Positions 12,901 through 24,900 of a DNA stretch of 38,091 nucleotides are shown in pieces. The DNA is from Catajapyx aquilonaris (Eukaryota). The notes beneath the pieces are model-generated. The model worked only from the letters and a program-made list of their open reading frames with translations, had not been told where the DNA came from and searched no databases. The DNA lies in assembly GCA_000934665.2 (NCBI GenBank), contig KZ538247.1, positions 62,001 to 100,091 of the forward strand. The letters run 5' to 3'. The position numbers and the translations under genes are program-made. Position 1 is the stretch's first letter. Each line of letters opens with the position of its first letter.

Positions 12901-15900
12901 TACATGGGTATAGGTCATGTGAATGTCTGTCAGCAAAGGAGAGGGAGACCTCATCAGAAGTGTATTCAGAGTGTCCAAAGGCTCCAGACGAGGAGGCTGA
13001 TTGGCATTCATCCCATCCGGTGCGACCTTACTAGACCCCCATGCAAATCTGAGGGGGGAAGGTGGGGGGGGGGGGGGNGGGGGGGGTATGCGACATACCA
13101 ACCTCTAGCTGTATCCATTCCCTGGTACCTTTCTCTCGTGGGAGAGAATTGCAGTCCAAAATGGGGAACGGGAGAAGCCATTTCACGGGTCGGAAGCCGT
13201 GTCCTCTCTTCCTCTCTCGGGCCTGTCATCTGGTGACTTCATTTCACCCTTGAATGACCGCCGGTGGGACTGTCGAGATGGCGGGATTCTTGGACGAATC
13301 TTCTTTTTTTTTCTTCTTGAGAAACTGTAAGGAGTGCTCATCAAAGTCACCTGCACCACCTGGACCGAGCTGAGGAGGCAGGAATTTGGCAGGATGTCAT
13401 TTCAGCTGATGGCCTTAGTTGCCTCGACTCCTAAAAAGCAGGATCGAATTTTAGTCCCACTGCTAGTTACTAGTAGTTCTGCTGGAGCACTTTGAGCTTG
13501 GCTGCCATTTTTGGGTATATGTTACGAAAGGAAGATTATCGGCTTTGTAACAAGCAGCGGGACGAAAATTCAACCCCTGTTTTTTTTCGGAGAGCAAATT
13601 GGCCAGTATTGAAGTGAACAGCTGTTTACTCGTTAATTAGTCAGCAGCGGTCCGTTCCTGCCGTCCAATTTTTAGCCCAATAGGTGCTTGAATTTTGCCC
13701 CCCATTTCTCCAATTATTTTTCCCCCATCCTCTGCTGCACATCATTTTCTCCCCTTTCATTTTCAGATCAGCCAATATCTGAGAAAATGATTCATAGGTC
13801 CTTCAGCCACCCTTCCCCCTCCTTACCTATCATAATATAGGTACCCTCTAGAAATGACGAGGGGGGAAATTCTGGTCCAGTGTAAATCTGCATATGGATT
13901 GACAGACTGGTTCAAAAAAATATTGTCAAGCATACCCGTAGGAAAGAATAATGAATTTGGTGGAAACTTAGTTTGACATCTTGAGTGTTCCTTAAGGGGC
14001 TTGCAGAACAATATAACTTAGAGTAATATCGTCATTGACGTTGACCACAATGGAGGGATCTTCCTAAAGACTCCCTATCCGCCGTGACGTTGACGTTTAT
14101 AGCCCTAACAATGGTGCCGAGACGCCATTACTTTGACAAAGTATTATTCTGTGCAGTTTGGCGTGCTCACTTTTTTTTTGCACTATTCCAGCACCGCATA
14201 GACCGAATTTTAATGGTTTTTCTCCGCCTTTTCCGTGTGAATTAGCAGCGGTGAGTTCTCTTCGAGGCGGAGGTGACAGCGCTGGATGCATCGTGGTTGA
14301 GGACGCCAAAGTGGTTGCGGATGGAACATCCTCCGACTCTGGAGGGATGGGTGGGATGGCCGGAGGAGGAGCAGACGACGACCAAGGCGCTGTGTCACCC
14401 CCACCGACGCCAACCGATGCCCACAGTGACCACGGTCAGTCATTTTAAATCTATCTGTTACCAACATCAATAGCTATGAAGCTACATTGCATGCTGGCTC
14501 CTTTAGAATTATATCAATTTTTGAGCGTGATTTGAGGCCATTTCCGTTATACGAAATCAGAATGGCTCCTTTTTTCCCCTCCTGATCGCACGTGATTAGT
14601 AGCGTCCCAGCCACATCAAGAGTAGCCTATGTGTGGCACGTGCAGGATTCTCGAATTGAAGCCCCAAAAAAACAAAAAGAAAAAAAAGCAATTCCTCATC
14701 CACCTTTTTTTCCCCATCCATCCCACATCCATCCCCAATAAATTCATCCCGTGGGAGTTGACAAACTCCACTAGCTGGCAAAACTTCCCCTAGCTACAGG
14801 CGATGGATACAGGAGGGGGGGGGGGGGGTGGGCNNNNNNNNNNNNNNNNNNNNNNNNNNNNNNNNNNNNGGGGGGGGGGTGGGGGGGATGGATGGGAGGC
14901 AAATTCGATGCCTTGTTGCCGGACTCATTACGAGGGGCTTATTCGGCGGTGTAATTCGGTTTAGGTGCTGCACCAGGTGCGAGGCTACTCTCGAATAATA
15001 TTTACTCTACCAGCCAACATGTGCAGCATCTGACCCAAATATGTGCTCTAAACATGAAATATTCATCCCTAATGCTAAATCTAAAAATAGCTGAAATAGC
15101 CAACTAAAAATCAATAGCTAAATATGTAACTAAAAATAAAACAGCCATACATATAACTAAAACATAAAATAGTTAATAACCAACTAAAATAAAATAGCTA
15201 AATATATAACTAAAATCAACAATAGTTAAAATAGCTAATTAAAATCAATAGCTAAATACATAACTAAAAATAAAATAGCTAACTAAAATCAATAGCTGCA
15301 TGTATAACTAAACATGAAACAACTGAAATATATAACTAAACATGAAACAACTAAAATATATAACTAAACATGAAACAACTAAAATATATAACTAAACATG
15401 AAACAACTAAAATATATAACTAAACATGAAACAACTAAAATATATAACTAAACATAAAACTATTAAAATATATAACTAAACATGAAACAACTAAAATATA
15501 TAACTAAACATAAAACTATTAAAATATATAACTAAACATAAAACTACTAAAATATATAACTAAACATAAAACTACTAAAATATATAACTAAAAATAAAAC
15601 AACTAAATATGTAACTAAAACTTAAAATAGTTAAAATAGCCAACTACAACAGTACTTAAAGTAGCTAAAATAGGCAGTTGAATCCGGATGACAGACTTCA
15701 ATGGACCGCGGAAATCAGTCTGTTATAACCAAGGTCTGTTATAGCCGAATACACACGTCATATAGAAGTATGCCAGGACCGGCCCTTCGAGTCTGTTGTA
15801 GCCGAAAGTCTGTTATAGCCGAGGTTGTTATATCCGGATTCAACTGTATAACTTAAACCTAAATGGCTAACTCGGGATAACTAGCACCTAAAATAGCTAA

Positions 15901-18900
15901 ATATACATGGTGTTCCAAATGCGTGTTTTTTTAAATAAGTGATGATCGATAGTAGTTATTTTGTGTAGCTTGTTCTGCCCTAACCACGTGCCCCATTCTA
16001 TATAGAAACTGCTATCTAGGGAGAAAAACGATCAAGGTCCACTTCAGGTGAAACTGAGATATTCCAATTTTAAATTTCGAAGGCCCTGAAGGTTCCATTG
16101 TAAATCCCACTTTCGGGGGGCCTTCCATAGTGACCTATGATCATTACTCGACAGCCAAGACCAAACCATCATATTACTACACTAGTGAAAGTATCTTCTG
16201 AAGTTCTGAGTATGTAATTCATTTTTGACTAAAAGTGGACCTTGTTCGTTCTTTCCCCAAGGTCTTCAATAATTATTCGACTCCCTGGGTGTAATGGGAA
16301 GCATGGATCGGGGTGCAACAAGCAACAAAAATAACTACTATCAGGCGATATCAGTTATTTAAAAACGACCCACGAATTTGGAACACACTATATTATAACT
16401 AAAACATAAAGTAGCCAAAATAGCCAACTGAATCCGAAAATAGCTAAAACTAATTTTTATTAAAAACAGTACTCATATTAGTCATATTGCAGTTAAGGAC
16501 ATTTTATAACCAGGATGTGGTCAAATCTTTTGTAGTGCCGAGTGATAGTGATCTTTTGCCTGACCTTGCTAGTAATGGCGCTTAATAACAAGCTGGGATT
16601 GTGAGTTACAGCACAATTCTGTTTTTTTGATAATCAGAAAATTGCTAGGTGCGTCCTGGTTACAGTATAACAGGGGGCGTGGGGAGGGGGGGTTATAATG
16701 TAAAGGGTTTTTGCCCTCCACCCCCCATCCAGCAGGTGCAACCCCCCACCTTCCACCTCCCCCCCCCCCCCTTCCAAAAAATTTACCTGGGCTGTAGGAC
16801 ATACAGTAATTGGTGCGAGAGGGCGCTACTTCGCTCGGCCTTGGCGTCTTCCGCCTTCCGATCAATACCTGCCTATGACGTCAGGCGCAGAAGAGCCTGG
16901 TCCTAACCCTCCCCCCCTTCCCCTTCCTCCTCCTCCTCCCTCCCCCCCTCCCACGCGTCTCCATAGAGATTACCACCGACGCACCCCCTTCTCATCCACT
17001 CTGCAGCAACTCTCATTTTCAAAAAAAAAAAAAAATCATTTTCTCTCTCTCTCTCTCCATACCACTCATCTTCTAATTCATCAGCTGCAACTCACATATT
17101 TTTGGGACAATCAATATCTCTGATGCTGCAAGAAAAGGTTGGAAGGCAGGTTTGGTCCTATATTTTTGTTGCAAAAATTCGATATTCGGGTCGATCAGGG
17201 GGGAAGTTCAGCGACTTTGTTTAGCATTTTTTTTTTTTTTTTAAGCAGTGGGTTGGTGCTAAGCTGTTCGCCAGGGGTGGTCTAAAATATTCATGATGGC
17301 GCATGTGCACATCTCGCTACAAAAATATGCAAATTTACGTAGACTATATAGGCGACTATCGCAACAATAATCACGTGGCCCACTTACCTTATTTTAATAT
17401 AATATAGTTATTTAATTAGTTATTTTCGTGTAGAACTTTATTTAAAATAATAATTTTTGTAATTATTTGAAATGGTTATTATTCATGTAGTCATTTTAAA
17501 ATGTTTTCATGTAGTTATTTGAAATGGTTATTATTCATGTAGGTATTTAAAAATATTATTTTCGTGTAGGTATTTATAAACATCTATTTTCATGCCATAA
17601 TTTAAAACATCTATTTTCATGCCATTATTTAAAAATATCTGTTTTCATGTAGTTAGGTTACTTAAAATAACTTAAAATAATTATATGAAAATAACTGCAT
17701 GAAAATAGCTATTTTGATATACGAGTATAGGGTATATAATTATATACTCGTAGTGAAAAATACAGACAATGCAATGGTATGTTTACAGACTTACAGTACT
17801 GTACAGGGTATTGTCGACCCTAGCAAATTTGCAGATTTTTTTTTCTTTCATATTGGAAACTATGGTTTCTGTTTCTGATTTTGGTGGTTGCGGGCAGGCA
17901 AAAGTCATTAAAAACTTGCTGGACAAATATTACCGTGTACTTTCACCGGTTGCGTGGTGTATTTATCCAGTAGAATCGTGAGCAGGCCAATAGTCACACA
18001 GGGTTTCCAACAATTCCCAAGCTCCCAATATATATATTTTTTAACCTCGAGCCTGTCTCTCACATAACCTATACCGAGAGGGTAGTGGGTTTTACTGGGA
18101 CTTGACCACACGAATCCGGAAGTACAGTGGTCGCGGGGAAATGGCAGAATACTTAGCACACGGAAATATCGTGATCATTATTTTCCAATCCCAAGTATAT
18201 TGCTGTTCTCATCACATCACCAATTATATTTGTTGCGCAAGTTTGTCAAAATTGCACATAGCTTGTTTTGTAAGCTGGAAATAAATAAATTGATAAATAA
18301 ATATTGTGATGGACAGAGTGGTCAGTGGCGTCGGCGACAAGCACGTGGGCGCCGTCGAGGGCGGCCTTGCCCTTGCACCCGAGTGACCACTGGCCAGTGT
18401 CGGAGTTGTCTGCCCTGGGCGAAGGACTGGCCCGAGAGGTGGCCCCTTTCAGCTTCTGGGGGGTGGCATTCAACGTGAAGCAACCCTCGCTGCTCAGACT
18501 CAACTTCTCTGTCCCATGGGGGGCCAACCTGGCCGTGTTCGGACGACGGAACGTGGTGCCCTCGGTCACACAGTACGACTTCCTGGAGTTCATCAGGGGA
18601 GGGCGGCTGGACAGGGTCAGGAGGTCGCTGCCCCTGCCCCCTCCGCCCCCACCCCCACCGCCGTCTTCCTCCGTCAGTTTCCTGCACCAACACACGCACC
18701 ACATGGACGGTAAGTCGGTTCTATTTCCGGTTCGAGCACACTCCAATCTGTCCGCTGCAGGAGTTGTCGGCAGCAACTGGACAGCCCCTGGACGCGTACA
18801 GTACACCAGCAGAAGCAGAAGGTCATCCACTTCTGGAAGCGGAACCAGCGGTGTAACGTTGGTTGTGAACGTGACGCTAGTTCAGTACGTGGACACCGGC

Positions 18901-21900
18901 CGATGGTTCGTGTCCCTGTACAACGACGATCCTCGAGCACACGCCGTGGCCGTCACTGTGGACGAAGCAGGAGACGTCGCCACTGCCTGTCCCAACGACT
19001 GCTCTGGACATGGATCATGCTACCTGGGACGATGCGACTGTATAGATGGCTTTGAAGGTCCAGACTGCTCCAAAAGTAAGAAGCAACACTATTGTTTCCA
19101 GTACACGGTGCTTGACTCCCTCCGTGTCCGTTCCAGGCGTTTGTCCGGTATTGTGCAGCAACCACGGCAAATACGGCGGCGGATTATGCCACTGTGAAGA
19201 AGGATGGAAAGGATCCGAATGCGACGTTCCGCTACACGACTGCGAGTCACCGGATTGTTCCGGACACGGCAGATGCGAAATGGGTCGCTGCATTTGCATA
19301 GCCGGATGGAAAGGTCCATTCTGCGACCAAGGTACAGTACAGCCTGTTTCATAATGATCCAGAAGTAAGGCCACTTGTTGTGATACTGTACGGGTGTGTT
19401 GCAGAGGACTGTCCGGATCCGTCGTGCGCAGGACACGGTGCATGTGTTGAAGGAAGATGCTTGTGCAAGGCTGGTTGGCAGGGAGCCAACTGTTCCCAAC
19501 CAGACGAGGCTCTCTTCCGGTGTCTCCCAGACTGTTCCGGACGAGGTGCATACGACCTGGAAACTGGAGGATGCGTGTGCGATCAGGCTTGGACCGGACC
19601 TGACTGCTCGCAAGGTAAGTCACCCTCCAGTTTGGCGCCTGCAAATTTTTGAACCGTATTTTGTTACAGCCCTGTGCAGCTTAGAGTGCGGTTGGCATGG
19701 TCGGTGCGACCAAGGACACTGCGTTTGCGAAGAAGGCTGGGCCGGTGAGAGATGCGACGTCGTACCATGTGATCCTCGGTGTTCGGCCCATGGGCAGTGC
19801 AAGAACGGAACATGCGTTTGCAGCCAAGGATGGAACGGACGACACTGCACTCTTTGTAAAACACTGCCTTTCGTTGTGATTGTAACACTCTGTCATATAC
19901 ACCATTCCTACAGCTGGATGTCCAGGAGGATGCGGCCAGGGACAGAAAGGAACATGTGTACTGGAGGACGGCAACTACCACTGTTCCTGCATGCCAGGAT
20001 GGGCCGGAATCGACTGCAGCGTACCACTGGAGACCGAATGTACCGACGAGAAAGACAACGACGGCGGTAAGACCTGTCTTTATTCTCTCTCCAAGAAGTT
20101 CGCGTTCAGCATGAATTTACCGTCCTGCCAAATCGCGCATTAGCAAAGTTAATTGCCATTAAGGCCTATTTTTTGAGATAACGCGCGATATATGTGTGAG
20201 GACATCCGAGGTAAGTGTGTGAGGGTGACCCACCCGCAGATGGCATGGCCGACTGCTCCGACAGCGAGTGTTGCTCGCACCCTGCCTGCGCTGACCACAT
20301 CATGTGCCTGGCATCCAACGACCCTGTGGAAGTCCTTCTCCGGAAGCAACCTCCTGCAGTCACAGCCTCCTTCTACCAGAGAGTCAAATTCCTGATCGAG
20401 GAGAACTCGGTGCAGAGTTACGCCCACAAGGACGAGTACAGCGAGAGGTGAGGCGGCGCCCCCATACCCCCTCTCCAAACCCTTCTTTAACCCCACCCCC
20501 CAAAAAATTCTACCGACTCTCTTTTTGACCCCCCCAACAGTATACAGCCCCTTAAAAACCACCTTTGATAACCCATACCAACCTATGTACCACCACCACT
20601 ATGTAAAACACCCCTCTACCTCCCTAGGTGCATCACATGTTGATTACAATATTGGCCAATATTGATACAGCATATGTTGCTACTCTGGGCATTTCCTACA
20701 AAAAAAAATGTGTACCTTCACACCTCAATACCCCGTGTCTTTTGTCTAGTGTCGTTCCCGCTCTTTCTGTGTCACCCTTGCGCTTTCCCGCCAGCCACCA
20801 ATTCATTAATTTATCTACTCAAGAAGCAGCCATCCGGCGACCCTGTTCCAATTCTCATAGTTCTCTCTCATTTGAGTTTTACGAAGTTTTTTTTTTTTCA
20901 AAAAATAAAAATAAAAATCGATTTCTGGGTAGGCAGAAAATGTCGGAGTTTGTACTGTAGCTGTAGGTATATCCGGCGACGGTGGGGCTCTCGATAGAAC
21001 CGAGAGAGGACTGTTAATTGTGGGAAATAATTTAAAAGCACAATCAGATTAATAGTAAATCGGCTGCTTCAGGTCGTAAAATAATTGACAAATAATGTGT
21101 GAAACTAAATTCCGTGAAATAGTGTCAGCTGCTTTTGACATCATGTTATTATTTATGTCGATCGGTACTGGAATTGGCGTTGCCCAAAATTGGCAACTTT
21201 TAAATGATAGCAATTGAGCATTTAAAAAAAATAGTACCCGCATTTGATTTAACATCCCAGGGCAGTTTGGCGAGTTTGCGTCATTGAAAAGTAACCACTT
21301 TCTTTACGTTCTTTGTTCAATAACCTGTGATAACTTGTAGTTAAAATCTATATGTGCCTTTGGTTACTTTTCGAGGATAAAACTCGTTGTTTCTGTCCAC
21401 TTACCCTGTTTAAAAAATGTCCCAACCTCCCCTCTGTGTGTGTGTGCGTGTCACTTTGCGTTTTATCTGTCTCTCTCCCCATGTAGTCAATCAGTTTCAC
21501 AATATATGTTTTTTTAATTTTAAAATTAGTGGGTAAAACAAATTGTGATTTTTACCGGAATTTTGCTGTTTGAAAGAATGGAGGGAGAGAGAAAAATATT
21601 TGTTAATAAGAATTGAGCGAGAAGAGAGAAGTTAACTGCGCGAATTTTTCTGATAGCCCCAAAAAAATATGAACAGAAAACACCTTATGTCTAGTGCAGT
21701 GTTGGTCTGAGTCTCTGTCTCAGTGTCTCTAGTGCCAAGTGTCCCTTCTAAACGAGCGTGTCTGTCTTCTCTGGTGTGGCGTCCGTTTCGTCCGTTTCGC
21801 CCCGCTTACCCTGCCTTCTTCTTTGTACCACTGTAGTCAGTTCTGGAACTCATTCCTGCCGCGGTAAGTGGAGGACAATATCAGCCTCGCGGCACCGCTC

Positions 21901-24900
21901 GGCCCTCGCTCCCAGCCTCTCTTGTGACAGTTTTCAGTCTTCTTTTTTTTTTGTCAGAGCCAGAGAGAGTCAGTTTTGAGTCATAGCCCCTCCCATATAT
22001 ATAGTCTCTTTCGCTCGTCAAAATCATTCATTTTACCCCTCATTTAGCCTCACGTTTCATTTCATATCCGCAAATTACCCCCAGCCGGCTCTCTCTCCAT
22101 GGAATTCGTTAGCTCGCTCCACTTACCCACCCCACCAAGCTCTCTCATCCTCCAGTTGCAGTCAGTTACCTTTTGTCTCCAAATCATGTGTATGCGGATG
22201 TCCGGGTTCAGATTATATCATATTCGGTGTGTTGTACAGGGGAGGTGTACTATATTTTTGACGCCAAGCGAGTTGACTGAAGGGAATTCCATGGAGACAG
22301 GCGAGAGAACCCAGACAGAGAGGGAAAGGGGGGGAGGGGGGGTCAGGATTTAAAATGGTGGGTTAGAGGTCACTGACCAAGAGGGAGCTAGCGAGGGCCG
22401 TGAGGCCAACCGCGGCCTCGATGGAATTCATATTTTATAATTCTCTCTATGATATAATAATTATTTTATTTATTATTATTATTATCTTCTGCGTGTGTTT
22501 AATGTTCCTTGTCGCCCTGGGCTTGTTCATTGGTGCCCCCGCTTCCTGCCAAAAAACCCTCTGGTGTCCGCGTCTGAGCCCCCAAATACTACTCTCCTCC
22601 CAATCCTCCTTGTCACAACAACTCTCTATGGATCCTCTTCTCTGACCTCTTCTCTCCCATTTGTACTTGAGGTTCCCACTTCCATGGTCCTCCTCTCCTG
22701 ATCTCATCTTCCTGTGCCGCGCCCCCCGCTTTTGCTCTGTGTCTTTCTTTGGACATCCGTCATCCTCCTCACTCCTCAGTCCTCGAGTCGACCCTTACCT
22801 TTAGTCAGAAATAGGGAGGGGCCTTGGGGACCAGGTTGATGAGGGACGGATGGACGGATGGATTGTTTTAATATATATATTATCATGGATGGATTTACAT
22901 GTTTCTCACTACTTCCTTGGTGATACCTCACTGTCAGTTGCATGCCGGGGCCCGCAGGTGATTTATCCAACTACTATACCACCATCACCGCTACCACCAC
23001 CACCACCACCGATTTACCACTGACTTTACACCACCACCACCACCTTGATCACCTCCTCGTCCTCCAAGGAGGGCTCCGAGGTTGGGGGCCCAGGCCTTTT
23101 TTTCGTCCCGCATGCATTTGCACTACATAGTTATGCTACTCTTCACGGTCAAACGTGAGGAATGCTCGTAGACGTGCAGTGTTGGTTACCTCTGCATCTC
23201 TACCGAATTTTGATACTGGAAGTAGATTTGGACATGCATGGGGAGAGTCTGCTGCGTCTCAAGCCAAAGTCCTTAGTTATATGTGTCCAGCAAGCTGTAG
23301 TTGTTCAGTAGTTGCATGCTGCTGTGGGTCCCAGCAGACTCTTCAGGGTTTGGATGGTTCAGAATGCAGAGGTCTTGGGAGGGTGTTAAGGGGACGGTTT
23401 GTTGGAGTTTCAAACTAAAGGTGAAAAAAATAAAGTTGGGATTGGGACATGTTGTAGTGTTGTTGGGTGGGTGGGGTGGGACGCTGTTGCTGTTTTTTGC
23501 TGCTGTGGCTGCTGCTGGCCTTTGGCAGGCTGCGGTTAGGCCTGGCCTCAGCGCCTTCTCTTGTACAGGAGGGTCGCCGTCATCCGTGGACAAGTGCTCA
23601 CCCCTCAAGGACTCGGCATCGTCGGCATTCGGGTCAGCGTCGACCGAGACTCACGATTCGGGTTTACCCTCACCAGAAAGGGTGGCTGGTAAGTGTTCCT
23701 CTTTCACTCTACATTGTCTACAATGACATTCTAGTGTTATATGAAAGTCACTCAAAATTTCAAGATAATGTTCAGAGCAAAACAAGTGTGATTGTTGTAG
23801 AGAGTTTGTTGCAAATTATTGGCCAGGGAATCACCACCAATTTTATGCAGGTTCGACGTCCTGGTCAATGGAGGTGGTGCAGTCACGCTGCAGTTCCAGA
23901 GGTCGCCGTTCCGACCTCTGACCCGCACAGTGTTTGTGCCATGGAACGAAATCGTGGTGATGGAGACTGTTATTATGCGACTGGGCGAAGAAGGCAGTTC
24001 CAGCAATGGCAACTCTCGAGCTTCTGGACCCGGAGGAGGCACTAGCTTACCACCACCTCCGCCTCCGTCTCCGGCGTCGCAGCCTAACAATCCAAATGCT
24101 GTCAACCCAACTCCAGGCCCACCCTCACCATCACCTTCGTCCATGTCCGCCCAGTCGTCCTCATCATCTGGACTCCAGGCATCGGCACCACCACCACCAC
24201 CCTCTTTGCCGTACTCCAGGTCATGCCTCCAGCATGACTACCAGATGCTGCGACCCATGTGTGTCTCCACATGGATGCCACACCGTCTCGGAGGGCTTCC
24301 AAACTCGGCCTTTGTCTTCTCAGAGACACAGGTGGGCAATCAGCTGGTTTTTTTCAAGAGACAAGTGCTCATTATATATTCGCTTGCAGATACTGCAAGA
24401 GAGTTTGGGCATTCCGGGGTCGTCGCTGAGGTTGGTATATCACAGCTCGCAAGCGCCTGGTTACCTGTCGGCCATACTGATGCAGCTGACCAGGGAGGTC
24501 ATACCGCCCGGTTTGCGATTGGTACACGTTAGGGTGGTTCTGGAAGGAAGCGTCTTCCGTAAAATTTTGGAAGCGGATCCACAGCTGACGTACACGTTTG
24601 CTTGGAACAAGAGGAATGTGTACAAGCAAAAGGTGTATGGACTGGCCACTGCTCGGGTATGTTTTCGCAGTTCTTCCATTCACTTTGTATATATGAATAA
24701 TGGAGTTTGTGGTCAATTTATCTCCATCATTTTGATTTCAGGTAAGCGTGGGCTATGAGTACTCAGGGTGTGACTCCATAGTGTGGGAGACACAAACCGT
24801 CACACTGCAAGGCTTTGATGTGGACATTGCTGACGTTGGAGGGTGGAACCTCCACATTCACCATCACTACAACTTCCACGAAGGTAGGGCACACCGTTCA

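Noticed and set aside
20211..20216. Strong gtaagt donor inside the exon 8-9 intron suggesting a hidden exon
   Set aside because: It would leave only a 29-nt intron, and I found no good upstream acceptor.
22958..23080. Additional cassette exon (ccgcag ... gag|gt, CAC/ACC repeat)
   Set aside because: In the required phase 2 it hits TGA immediately; the open frame is incompatible and low complexity.
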